Source of the DNA: Sphaerodactylus townsendi
Taxonomy: Eukaryota
NCBI RefSeq assembly: GCF_021028975.2
Contig: NC_059426.1
Span: 71,052,001-71,116,000 of the forward strand
Direction of reading: 5' to 3'
Length of the DNA: 64,000 bases
The first letter of the stretch is position 1. Every line of letters begins with the position of its first letter. A model generated the notes under the pieces. The model had not been told where the DNA came from. It searched no databases and was given only the letters and a program-made list of their open reading frames with translations. Positions 37,629-56,475 of this stretch are shown piece by piece. The position numbers and the translations under genes are program-made.

Positions 37629-38038
37629 TATCCCGGCGTGCTCCGCGTAATATCCTCCCATTGGCTCCACATTCTGACGATCCCTTACGTTTGTCTTGTT
37701 TTCATTGGACAACATTCAACCCCGCCCACGGATCATAGGCCAAAAAGCCTAGAAACCCAATCCTACTACGATTGGTCGATTGTTTAGCATCTCAACGGCG
37801 CATTTTTATAACGTCAGTATAGGGAGTCAAAAACGCGGATACTCCAAAATCGTGCCCTTGTTTGTGTTCTGAACAGCCAATGGTGGGGTATACAGCTGAC
37901 CAATACAAACACGTTATGCTTCCTTAGTCCCGCATTTTTTTTAATTGGCTTTGATACTGACCAATGAAATGAAAGCAAGTTAAGACGGTAGATCTTGGAG
38001 TCAGTGTCGTGCCGGGGTTCGAACAGTGCGAAGTGAAG

Positions 38039-38045
<7 letters not shown>
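37629..38045. promoter_or_regulatory. MED19/TMX2 bidirectional promoter (CpG-rich, CCAAT-box cluster)
   Basis: Head-to-head ATGs 410 bp apart. CCAAT/ATTGG at 37660, 37704, 37757, 37771, 37877, 37900, 37944 and 37961. CRE-like taacgtca near 37809. YY1-type aagatggcgg over the TMX2 start codon. Confidence 0.8.
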
Positions 38046-46941
<8,896 letters not shown>

Positions 46942-47851
46942 AACCCATTGGACTGGACTGTGCTCCCTTGCCATTTAGTTTCCCATTCTTCATTTCCATC
47001 TTAATCCCTGTCATGAGTCACTGGGCAACTGCCTCTATCCAGGAGTGCAGGGAAAAGAATGAGGCTCCGTGCCAATTCTGTTTGCTGCTTCTCTACTTGT
47101 GTCCCTTTCACCTGTGATGTTTTGTTTTGTTTCCTGATTTTTTCCTCAGGATGATCTGGGGCATATTTTGAGGAGCAGATTAGAATAGTTAAGATGCAGT
47201 ATCTCACCTGTCATGGGAATCAGATTATGTTTTGGGGCTTCAGGATGATTAGTTGAAAGATTTTGCAAATGAATAGAGGCATTTTAAAGAAGCAATACTC
47301 TGTTGGTGGGGGGGGGGGGGTGCCGAAAAAGGGCCCCTTCTGTTCACCAATGTTGTTAAGAGCTTCCAAATATTGTCCATTTCAACAAATACTTCTGTCA
47401 AAACTGACAGTTCATGCCTATTGACTTGCTCTTCTCCAGGGTGATCTCTTTGGCTGAAGAAATACTGAGAAATTTTGTCAATGGTAGGTTTCTACTACTC
47501 ACTGTCCTCCATGACAGGAAGAGTAGAAATCCTGATTTCGTTTTTTTCCCATCATTTGGGATTTAAATCCTTGAGTGCTGGATGTGGAATGTTAGCTGAG
47601 CCTGAACATGCTGCTATGCCAGAGACTAAGTAGCTGCCAAGTCTTAAAGGACCTCCTCTTCTCTGTATCATCTGGTCGGTCAGGGATGTCCTCTACAGGT
47701 AGCTGCTTCTTCTGCCTCTAGTATACAATTGTGATTTATAGGGATGTGGCTAATTTTATTTCACTGTTAACATGGGAAGTTTAGTGTTTGTTTTTATCAT
47801 GCTCACATTTCAGTCTTCTGGTTCTATTAATGATCTTCTATATGTGCCTCT

Positions 47852-47857
47852 AATAAA
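47852..47857 (+). terminator. Candidate TMX2 poly(A) signal AATAAA
   Basis: AATAAA about 910 nt after the stop, followed by GT/T-rich sequence. Confidence 0.5.
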
Positions 47858-48465
47858 TTGGGAATGTTGTTTATCAGAGTGCTGCTTTTTTCTGAGTTAC
47901 AGTACACCTGGTACCTGTGCTGTGTTACACAAATCATGGCTTGGATCATGTGAAACATTTCTGCTGACAGAAGAGGTTTCGGTTTGTCCTGGGACTGATG
48001 CCCAGGAACAGCATGAATGAATCACAGCAGGAGCTGGTGATCAGCTGAAATCACCCAGTCCTCTTTTTGTGGAAATCCTCTAAAACACTGCTTCTCAACT
48101 GGTGGTATGCATCCCACTGGTGGGTCACAGAAGTAGTCTAGATCAGATGTAGTGATTGTTATAAAAATGTTAAGAATTCCCTTTGTCTAAGCCCATTTCC
48201 ACTTGCAAGTGTGATCAGCCATCTGTCACAGGTTATCCATCTGTGACCTTTAGGACTCAAGTAGTAACACTGGAAACTTGGCATTTCTCATAAACTCTCA
48301 TTCCCCCATCCACCAGCAAATGTATTTGATGTACCACTTCCTGAGTTACCACTGGTCTCATGTACTGGCTGACCACTGTATGAAATAGGATGCTAGACTA
48401 GATTGACCACTGGTCTTATCTGCCAGGAATTACTGATTTTGCTTCTGCAATGTTTTAAAGGAGAC

Positions 48466-49150
48466 TCCTGCCAGATAAGACCAGTGGTCAATCTAGTCTA
48501 GCATCCTATTTCATACAGTGGTCAGCCAGTTACTCTGGAGGGCCAGCAACAGGTCACAAAGGCATTGCCTCCTGACATTTGGTATTCAGAAGATTACTGA
48601 CTGAACGTGGAGGTTCCCTTTAATAACTGCTGATAGAGCTAACTGCCATGAATCTGACTAATCCTCTTTTAAACTAGGTTATGCCTGTAGCCATCAGTTC
48701 ATCCTCTGGCAGTTAATTCTGCATTTTAAGCCCTCATTGAGTATAGTAGTATTTCCTTTGGTCTGTCCTGAATCTACTGCCCATCAACCCGAGTTGCAGT
48801 ATTTTGGGAGAGGATGAAAAAGTTATCTGTTCACGCTATCTACCCCTTGCATTATTTTATCAAGCTCACTCATGTACCCTCTTAGTTGTCTCTTCCAAAT
48901 GGAAAAGTCCCAGACGCTTCAGCCTTTCCTTAAATGTGCTCCAACACCTTAATCATCTAGGTTGCCCTATTCTGTAATTTTTCCAGGGCTGCAATAACCA
49001 GAACTGCAGAGAGTATTCAACATGAGATCTAAACAGGGGCATTATAATATTGGCTGTTCTATTTTCAATCCTAGTAATCCCATCATAAGAGTGTCTTTTT
49101 TCACTGCTGTAGCACACTTGGCTGATGTTTTCGTTGAGCTATCCAATATG
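48466..49150 (-). mobile_element. Old CR1 3' fragment
   Basis: ccagataagaccagtggtcaatctagtctagcatcc... is the reverse complement of the CR1 3'UTR hairpin region (compare 25700-25750). It continues into degenerate RT-end sequence (aaagtcccagacgcttcagccttt, gaactgcagagagtattc). Confidence 0.75.
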
Positions 49151-50159
49151 ATCCTCTCCTTCTCTGCAAGTTCAGACTTAGCTGTAAATGATAAATATAT
49201 CCCAAAGTTTTTAAACAAATATCATTTTCAGCAAAAGTGGGGATTCCTCCCATCCTGGTATGACCCAGATTCTTTGATATAGTGGTAGGAAAGATTGAGA
49301 ATCTGTTTTCCAACTATCCATGTCAAAAGTCTGCTATCCATGTCAAAATGAAATAGGGATTGATCTTCTGTGGGGGACACCCATTTTTACACCTTTTCCA
49401 GATTTCAACTTTTTGTAAGGCTACATCCAGGGTAGGAAAACTGTCCAAACAGAAATCTGGATAAATCTAAGTGACAGTAATTTCATTTATTTTGATTCTG
49501 CTGTAGCAAAAGCCTAGGAAATCTATTTTGGTCATGTATAGGAAAGCTCCACATGATGTAGAAATGGAACAGCCTAACCTACTTCACAGGTCGGTTGTCA
49601 GAACAAAATGGAGAGAACTATTTTTGCTCATCTGGATCCCCACTGGGGAAACAGGTGGGATAAAATCAAAGTAAATACATCTGATAAAACATGACATACA
49701 TAAAACAGGATACAAGGCTGAGCCAACAGTAGGTCTAGTGTAGGGCCAGGATTAAGACAGAAGAACAGTGGTTCAGGAAGCCCTCTGAGGCAAGGAGATG
49801 GCTAAAAGAAGAAAGCAGACAGTATGGGTCCTAGGAGAAATTTACTAAATGGTACAAGACTAGTATTTCAGCTTAGTAGGTGACAAAACTTGTGACAGTG
49901 GGGTACCATCTTTGAGGAAAGAAAATGACAACTACAAATGCATTGTTTTATTCTTTCCAGAATGTGGATTTCAGTTTTTCTCAGAACAATAGCCCCCTCT
50001 ACTGTAAACATCCTTTGTATTCTGTTATGTGAGTGAAGTAGGTATGAGAGTCGTTAAGAGTAATGAATTGTGAGTCTGTTCGAGCAAAACCACAAAGACG
50101 CTACAAACTGTTAAAAACTTGTCACAGTAAATGTGGAGCTTAACGCACTTTAAGCCATT

Positions 50160-50740
50160 GTAACACATGCCGAAGTCCGTTGTACCTGCATGTCCAGAAC
50201 CCTCCCCTTCCGGCACGTTTTGCAGTCTGGAGTTCCGATGCTGGGGCTACGTTCCGATTGGCTGCTTCGGCCAGTCGCGCTTTCCTCGGTTCTGGGCTGC
50301 GTTGTTTTTTTAAAAAATAAATAAAGAGCGTAGAACGTGTAGGAGGGTGGGCGAAACCATTTTTTAAAGGGGGTTTACCAGTTGTTGTAAAACGGTGACT
50401 ATTAATCAGACCGTCTGGACAGCAGCGGCTGAATGTCCACAAGGCTCATCTGCTTCTGAAGGTAGCGTTTCCAGACGTCTGCGTGGTTATTTGCATTGTT
50501 ATTTTCATTGATTCTTTCCGCGCGTGAATGGTTGAAACCGCGGTCGCATTTCCTTTCTTAGCCTGAGGATGTAACTGCACGTGGCTCGTGCTTTGCTTAA
50601 AAAAAAAAAAAAAAAAACACCACCGCGGACGAAACAGGTAATGTATGTTCGCTCTATGAAAGGCTTTGTAATTGCGGAGACCGTATTTGCCGTCTTAACA
50701 GTCTTAAGTGTTGGCGACGGAAGAACAACACCGACGTGCT
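50160..50740 (+). promoter_or_regulatory. CpG-rich region: probable SELENOH promoter and non-coding first exon (candidate donors near 50461 and 50637)
   Basis: Local CpG enrichment, ATTGG at about 50257, ETS-like cttccgg at about 50207, donor-like acag|gtaatg. The coding exon downstream begins right after a polypyrimidine tract and AG. Confidence 0.55.
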
Positions 50741-51328
50741 CCTGAGACTATGCTGTGTGTTGTTTTACTGCACCCCTGTTATTCTTTCTCGCTCATGTTC
50801 TATTAAGTCGACCCTTAAGCCTTTCTTCCAGTATCGTTGCACCTTTTAGAAGCCGTCATTATTTATCTTCTATATGGGCTGCTTTTATTGCCTCCTGTTT
50901 TCTTCTTCCTGCTCTTCGTAGGCACCAGCATGCTAAATCCGAGGACAGCATTTGAGACGGGTTTGATCATAACAGTCTCAAGGAACTTGTTTTAAGATTC
51001 GCCATCTAAAGTTAAAATTAACTGACTGGTGGGGAAATTCTACAGATCTCGCACTTCCTGCCTGAAAAGTTCTATGTAAATGAACAGATGAGACCTGTAT
51101 TTGCAAAAGGATATGTGATTGATCAGGCGGAACCATCCCCAGTGCCTTCCCTGTGATTTCTTCCTTTGTTAATTTCTGACTAGCTGATTAATCTGACACA
51201 CACACTCCCCGAAATTCTTCCATGGCTTTTCATACCTTATTCTGAATTGTTATGCCTTTCAGCTGAGGAAACAACCCATGAAATATTGTTTGCCTTATCC
51301 TCGCCTTGGCTTTTGTTCTTTAAGTAGA

Positions 51329-53865
51329 ATGCCCCCTAAAGGGCGGAAGAGGAAGGCAGCTGCCCCTGCAGTAAAAGCTGCAGAGTCCAGTGAGTTGGAA
51401 GAAAAGGGGATTGACCAGTCAACCAAGAAACTGAAGGAGGGATCAAGCCATTATGTGGTCATTGAACACTGGTGAGTGTTTTTATATCTTTAGTGGGGTG
51501 GACCCACCAGGGTTAGTGTGTCAGGTTAGATTCTGGAAGAACTAGATTTGAATACCCCTCTGCCATTGAAGTTTACTGAGAAACTTTGGACTGGTCACAC
51601 ACACTCAGCCTGACCTACGTGATAAGATTATGTTAAGGATAAAATGGAGAAGGAGAAAATATTGTGAGCCACTTTGGGTTCCTCTGGGGAGAAAAGGGAG
51701 GGTATAAATGAAATAAATTGCTGCAAAGGGGATATTTTAACTGTGGGAAGGACTCTGGAGTACAAAAATGCTGCGTACTGTTTGCACCTACAGATAAAAG
51801 TATGCTTTTTCCCCCTTTCCAGTGAACAAAAAAAATGACACTTGGCCTTTCCTAATTGCCGTAGCTAAATACACATAATTCATAGGATTTTTCATAATAG
51901 ATGAAAGATTATGTGTGCTATTGAACTGGAGAGTTCCTTCCATTCTCTCAAGATACCATAGGAAATAAAGAGAAATATAAGCTCTTTTCTGGGCAGTGAG
52001 CTGGAGGTATGGTAAGAAACACTCTTAACTGGGGCTAAAGGAGACCTGCCTCCTAGGCATCCAGACCATTGAGATATTTTTGGTTTTGAAAAACTGTCAG
52101 GTAATGTTTGGGGTTGTCTGTGAATTGGGAAAAATAAAATGCTCCTTTTTTCCCTGCAGTAAAAGCTGACGGGTGTATGGGCGCCATGCTGATGCTGTGG
52201 GCCAGGCCCTGCGCCAGGCCTTTCCTGATCTCACAGTGGAAATCAATCCTGAAAAGCCCCGCAGAAATAGCTTTGAGGTGGTCCTGTTGAAAAAGGATGG
52301 CACCAGTAAGTGATCTCTCTACAGGAGGCTTGCCAGTGGGAGGACTGCTGTGGGGATTAATCTCTCTAGAATGTGTGTAACCAGGCTCCCACCAATCCGC
52401 TGGTGAACAGAATGCTCAGAAACACAAATCCCTAGAGCTCTAATCTGAGCTATAGCCTGGAAAAACACCAGCAGGAGCCAAGCTATGAGAGGGGCTCCTG
52501 CTTTGACACTGAACACTGACTCTTATTCCAGAGGGCTTGGGGAGGACTGTTAGTGAAGTCCTGGAGCCTGTTAGAAGACTGGCCCAAAGACAGGTAGATT
52601 GTCCATTTTAAGGGTCTCTTCAGCTGTTGGGATGTTGTGTAAGGGCAGCAGTTTGTGTTCATTGCTAAGGTTTGATATAGGGGGAAAGCAGCTGCCTTTT
52701 TACAAGATTATGAATATTACATTTTAAACTTTTGGAATATGTATTTTATTTCCACATGATGAGTGTTCTGGAATAACAACTGCTCCTTTGCCAGGCTTGT
52801 TAGCCTTTTGGGAGACAGAATCTTGCCTGACAAAAGAAATCAGAGACTGTGACTCTACAGAGATGAACCTCAAGGTGACCCCAGCAGAAAGTTTTACCTG
52901 CTGCAGTAGCCATCTCTACAGGGACAGACCCTTCTGTGCCATTTCTCACTGCTGGCTGTTCTCCTTCCTGTTTTTATTTACAACATCTAAGCCCATCTTT
53001 CTCCCAACAACTAGGATCTGATGTGTGTTACAGAATTAAAATACTCAGTATCAATCCAAACAAACATTATCAAAAACACTATTGAAGATAATTCAGTGTT
53101 ATGACTCTTCCAAAATGCTGTCAGGATGGAGGTCCACTGTTTGAGGAGTAGATTCCATAAAACAGGAGTAGCCACTGAGAGAACCAATAGATGGGTGGCA
53201 GCTGCCTGAACCAGGGTGGTGTGGCAGGAAAGGGAAAACCAAACAATGCTGCTGTGCAGCATGAAGATACTATCTGGGTTTTTAATTGCCCTGAATCAGA
53301 ACAAGGTCTGCTGGAGGGTGAGTGGACAGATACTACTGGCAGAGCTTGGACAAGAATTCTTCAGAGGCAGTTTTTAAAACTAGCAGCTGTTAATTGCTTT
53401 GACTTTTCTGATCATGTGGAGGCTTTGTTAATTGACTTAATTGGAAACAGGGCACAATAGTGTCTGGTCTGCCCTAGTATGGTGGATCTTTGATTCAGTA
53501 GTCATAATCCAGTCACCAGATCTCTAGAATCCACTGTTCACTTCACATGCTTCCAGAGTCATTTTCTAGAAATGACTCCTGCTAAGGGAGAAAAATGGGA
53601 AATCCATTGTTCAGGTGTCTGCTATTGATGGCTTCCCTTTGTGGAGAGCTGGCTGCTTACAAGAATTTGGCAGCAGGAACTGACTTCTTGATATGCTTGT
53701 GGTTTGTTTCCAGTAATATAAGTAAAATGTTGCTGGTAATTGGCTTCTGCCCTTTTTGATTTAGAAGAAGAGTTATGGAGCGGCCTTAAGAAGGGACCAC
53801 CACGTAAGCTGAAGTTCCCAGAACCGAACGATGTGGTTGAAAGTCTGAAGGGAAGCTTTGAATAA
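51329..53865 (+). CDS. SELENOH: Selenoprotein H, 129 aa with Sec (TGA 52167-52169): join(51329..51471,52160..52305,53765..53865)
   Basis: MPPKGRKRKA (NLS)...VVIEHC|KSURVYGRHA...VEINPEKPRRNSFEV...ELWSGLKKGPPRKLKFPEP..*. CxxU redox motif spanning the exon junction. Synteny TMX2-SELENOH-BTBD18. SECIS downstream. Confidence 0.96.
51505..51718 (+). mobile_element. tRNA-derived SINE in a SELENOH intron
   Basis: ggttagtgtgtcagg...tttgaatacccctctgccattgaagttt...ctcagcctgacctac...ggtataaatgaaataaa. Confidence 0.65.
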
Positions 53866-54320
53866 AGTGAACTGAGCAGGATGGCCAAAGGTAAGCGCTA
53901 TGCAACAAAGTAATTTATTCTAAGAAAATGGGGGACAGGACTATCTTACTGATGCACTCCAAAAACCAATTTACTGTTTCAGATTTTTACTACTTAACTG
54001 GCCAAGACACAGACCAGGCTACATAGTCTGTTTTTTACTGCTTCTCTTCCTCAAAGGAATCTTGTGAATTGCACAAAGCAGATACGGTGTAAGAGGCCTT
54101 TGGGAGAAAGCAAAGTAACTGTTTCATGTCTCTACAAGTAGAAACCCATCACTAATTCACCCTCAACTGTAAGGATGGGCCCTGCATTCCTCCAATTAAC
54201 TACATATTGGTCTATGTGATTTAGACAGTAGTGTGTCCCAGGCTCACTTGTAGGATTGGAAATAGTTCAGGATTGAATGAGTCACATATGTTAAAAGGCT
54301 CAAGACTAGTATGTCTTGAC

Positions 54321-54560
54321 CAGTGGTTCCCAACAAGGTGCCAGGGATGCTGTGGCACCCACCAGCACTTTTTCTGATGCCTGTCAAGTATTCTTAGGAA
54401 GTGTGCAGGGCCAGTTAGGGATTTTGACCAGCAAGGCTTCTCATTGGCTGCACTGTGCTACTGAAGTTAAGTTGTGGCAATCATTTTGTGATTAGATCTG
54501 CCTTCTTTGGCAGCCATTTTGATGCCGCACCCACCATGCTGTATCAGGACACTCCGATCC
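54321..54560. mobile_element. Degenerate hAT-like MITE in the SELENOH 3'UTR intron
   Basis: Starts cagtggttcccaac, a typical hAT/Charlie TIR. The right end is not well defined. Confidence 0.4.
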
Positions 54561-54774
54561 GTAATCTAGATGACTACCAGGCCTTGATGGTAGCACCTCA
54601 GTTTTTAGAGAAGTACCCCTGATTGAACCCTTCGTAGTTTTCTGCCACCATCTTGATTTATCTATAATCTGTCCCAGGACCCAGGCAAGCCGATGCTGGG
54701 CACCAGGTGGGAGGTGTGTTAGATGTTTATCAAGAAAACTAGATCTTTTGCTAATGATTATTTTGTCCCCATAG

Positions 54775-55000
54775 GACATCTACTGAATTGTTCATCCCTT
54801 GTGAACTGGAGCATTTATGATGGGATATGACCAAGTGGGGTAAACTGCAAAAACCTCAGTCATTTCTTTGAAATGGTTGCTCTTCCTTCACAAGCAAAAT
54901 CTGCCAGAAAGAGCTGCCTCTTCCCACTTCCATGGCTTTTTGCTTTGTTTATCTGAAATACTTGAGAAACTTTCAATAAAGTTCAACATGGTAATAATAA
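54775..55000 (+). other. SELENOH: SELENOH non-coding terminal exon (intron 53891-54774); poly(A) signal AATAAA 54975-54980
   Basis: Donor aag|gtaagc at 53890, 25 nt after the stop. Branch-like ctaat plus ttttgtccccatag acceptor at 54774. Contains the SECIS and AATAAA. Confidence 0.8.
54800..54892 (+). promoter_or_regulatory. SECIS element (type II) of SELENOH
   Basis: Helix I gagca/tgctc (extended by tgtgaa/ttcaca). Core ATGA 54817-54820 with TGAA (GA 54870-54871). Helix II gggatatgac/gtcatttctt. Unpaired AA at 54833-54834. Helix III tggggt/acctca. Confidence 0.85.
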
Positions 55001-55404
55001 CTGATTGTTCAAGTTAAATTCTATTTAGTGGCACAAGGGGTTGGTCCAGGTTTGCATACGGGTTTTATGCAACTTCCAACATGGTTTTCTGGATCAATAT
55101 CAAGCAGGTCTTGTCTTTCTTAGAAAAAGGCAAATCTTTCCTGCCATGTGGGATTTGATCACCAAAGTATGAGCTTCTGGAAAAAGCAAGTAGTATGCAA
55201 AAGATAGACTGAAGTTTACTTTTTCCTCCTGCCCAAAGCTCTAGTAGGAAAGGCATTTTAAACCAGTTCTGGGGACCATTCTTAGTGGAGAAATGGGAGT
55301 GGGTGGGTTTTGACTCCCCCCCCCCCATATATTTTTGCTATTAAATTACATCACTTCTCTCTATTATGTATAGTTTTGGCTTTTAAACTCCAATAGAAAC
55401 TAAA

Positions 55405-55659
55405 AGCATTTGGTACAGGATGATAGAGATACAGGTCTCTTTGCAGAAGCTGTGAATACAAGGAAGATGGTTTCAATGTAAAAGTTATTTTACTTTGAAC
55501 AAACCACAACTCAACATTTATTCCACTCTTTGTGCCATCTGCTCTTCAGAATGTTCTTAGATCCATACATTGAGAGCTTTAGCATTTGGTACAGGATCAT
55601 GGAGATACAGGTCTCTCTGCAGAAGCTGTGAATACAAGGAAGATGGTTTCAATGTAAAA
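55405..55659. repeat. 79-bp direct repeat (55405-55483, 55581-55659) flanking a minus-strand AATAAA (55517-55522; candidate BTBD18 poly(A) signal)
   Basis: agcatttggtacagga...gatggtttcaatgtaaaa occurs twice with 3 mismatches. Confidence 0.85.
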
Positions 55660-56475
55660 AAGAAATTTAACACTCAACCTCTGGAGCACCTTTTCTAGAC
55701 AAAATAAGAAAACGAGCAACAACTTATTGGATCAGCCTGTGAATAAAATAGGACAGCTGTCCAATATTCATGTAATTAGCAGTGGACAGTTCTGACTGAA
55801 ATACTGGAAAACTAAAGAGTTTTGATTAGGGTGCAAACCATGATGCAAAAGGAGATAACCTACCTAAATATATATATATGCCAATCTATACTACTACTGT
55901 TTGCCGCTGTAGAAGAGAATAAGTACCACTGATGGAAGAAACATCTTTCAGAAGGGGCCTCAATATTTCCAGATAAGCAGCTCCTTACTTGAAATGCTTT
56001 TGAATTTCGACAGAACAATCAAAGCAGCTATTGGAGAAATGTAGCAGACGACAACCTTAACCACCAGAGTAATCTCTAAAGTGGAACTTTTTGGGAACAG
56101 GAAAAGGCAGAGTATGGTCACAGCTGCTGTGGTAATATACCCACCCCCCACAACCACCATGTAGGAAATTTAACATACATCTGACTTGCTGTCTCAGTGC
56201 AATGATCTGTCCTGCAATTATATCACTTTCTCCGATAGAGGCCAATTGTAGAATCCCAGGGTAACAGGCAGTGAAAGGTGGTGTTATGCCTGACAATCTC
56301 CCCTCAACATTTCTGAGGAAGTACAAAAAAATTCCACTTACATTAGAATCTAAAACTAGTACCTAAACACTAAGTGTGGCTTTTAAATCACAAGCCTACT
56401 ACAACTTGTCCCATAATGTAGGGATTAATGGTAAGCCACCACACATCACTGCATCTGTCCGCAGGCCCGCACTCA

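Noticed and set aside
51278-51475. ORF-track 65-aa protein ending ...VVIEHW*
   Set aside because: It reads through the donor at 51471; the real product is spliced SELENOH.
52167-52169. SELENOH as a pseudogene with a premature stop
   Set aside because: The TGA is at the conserved CxxU position and a SECIS is present.
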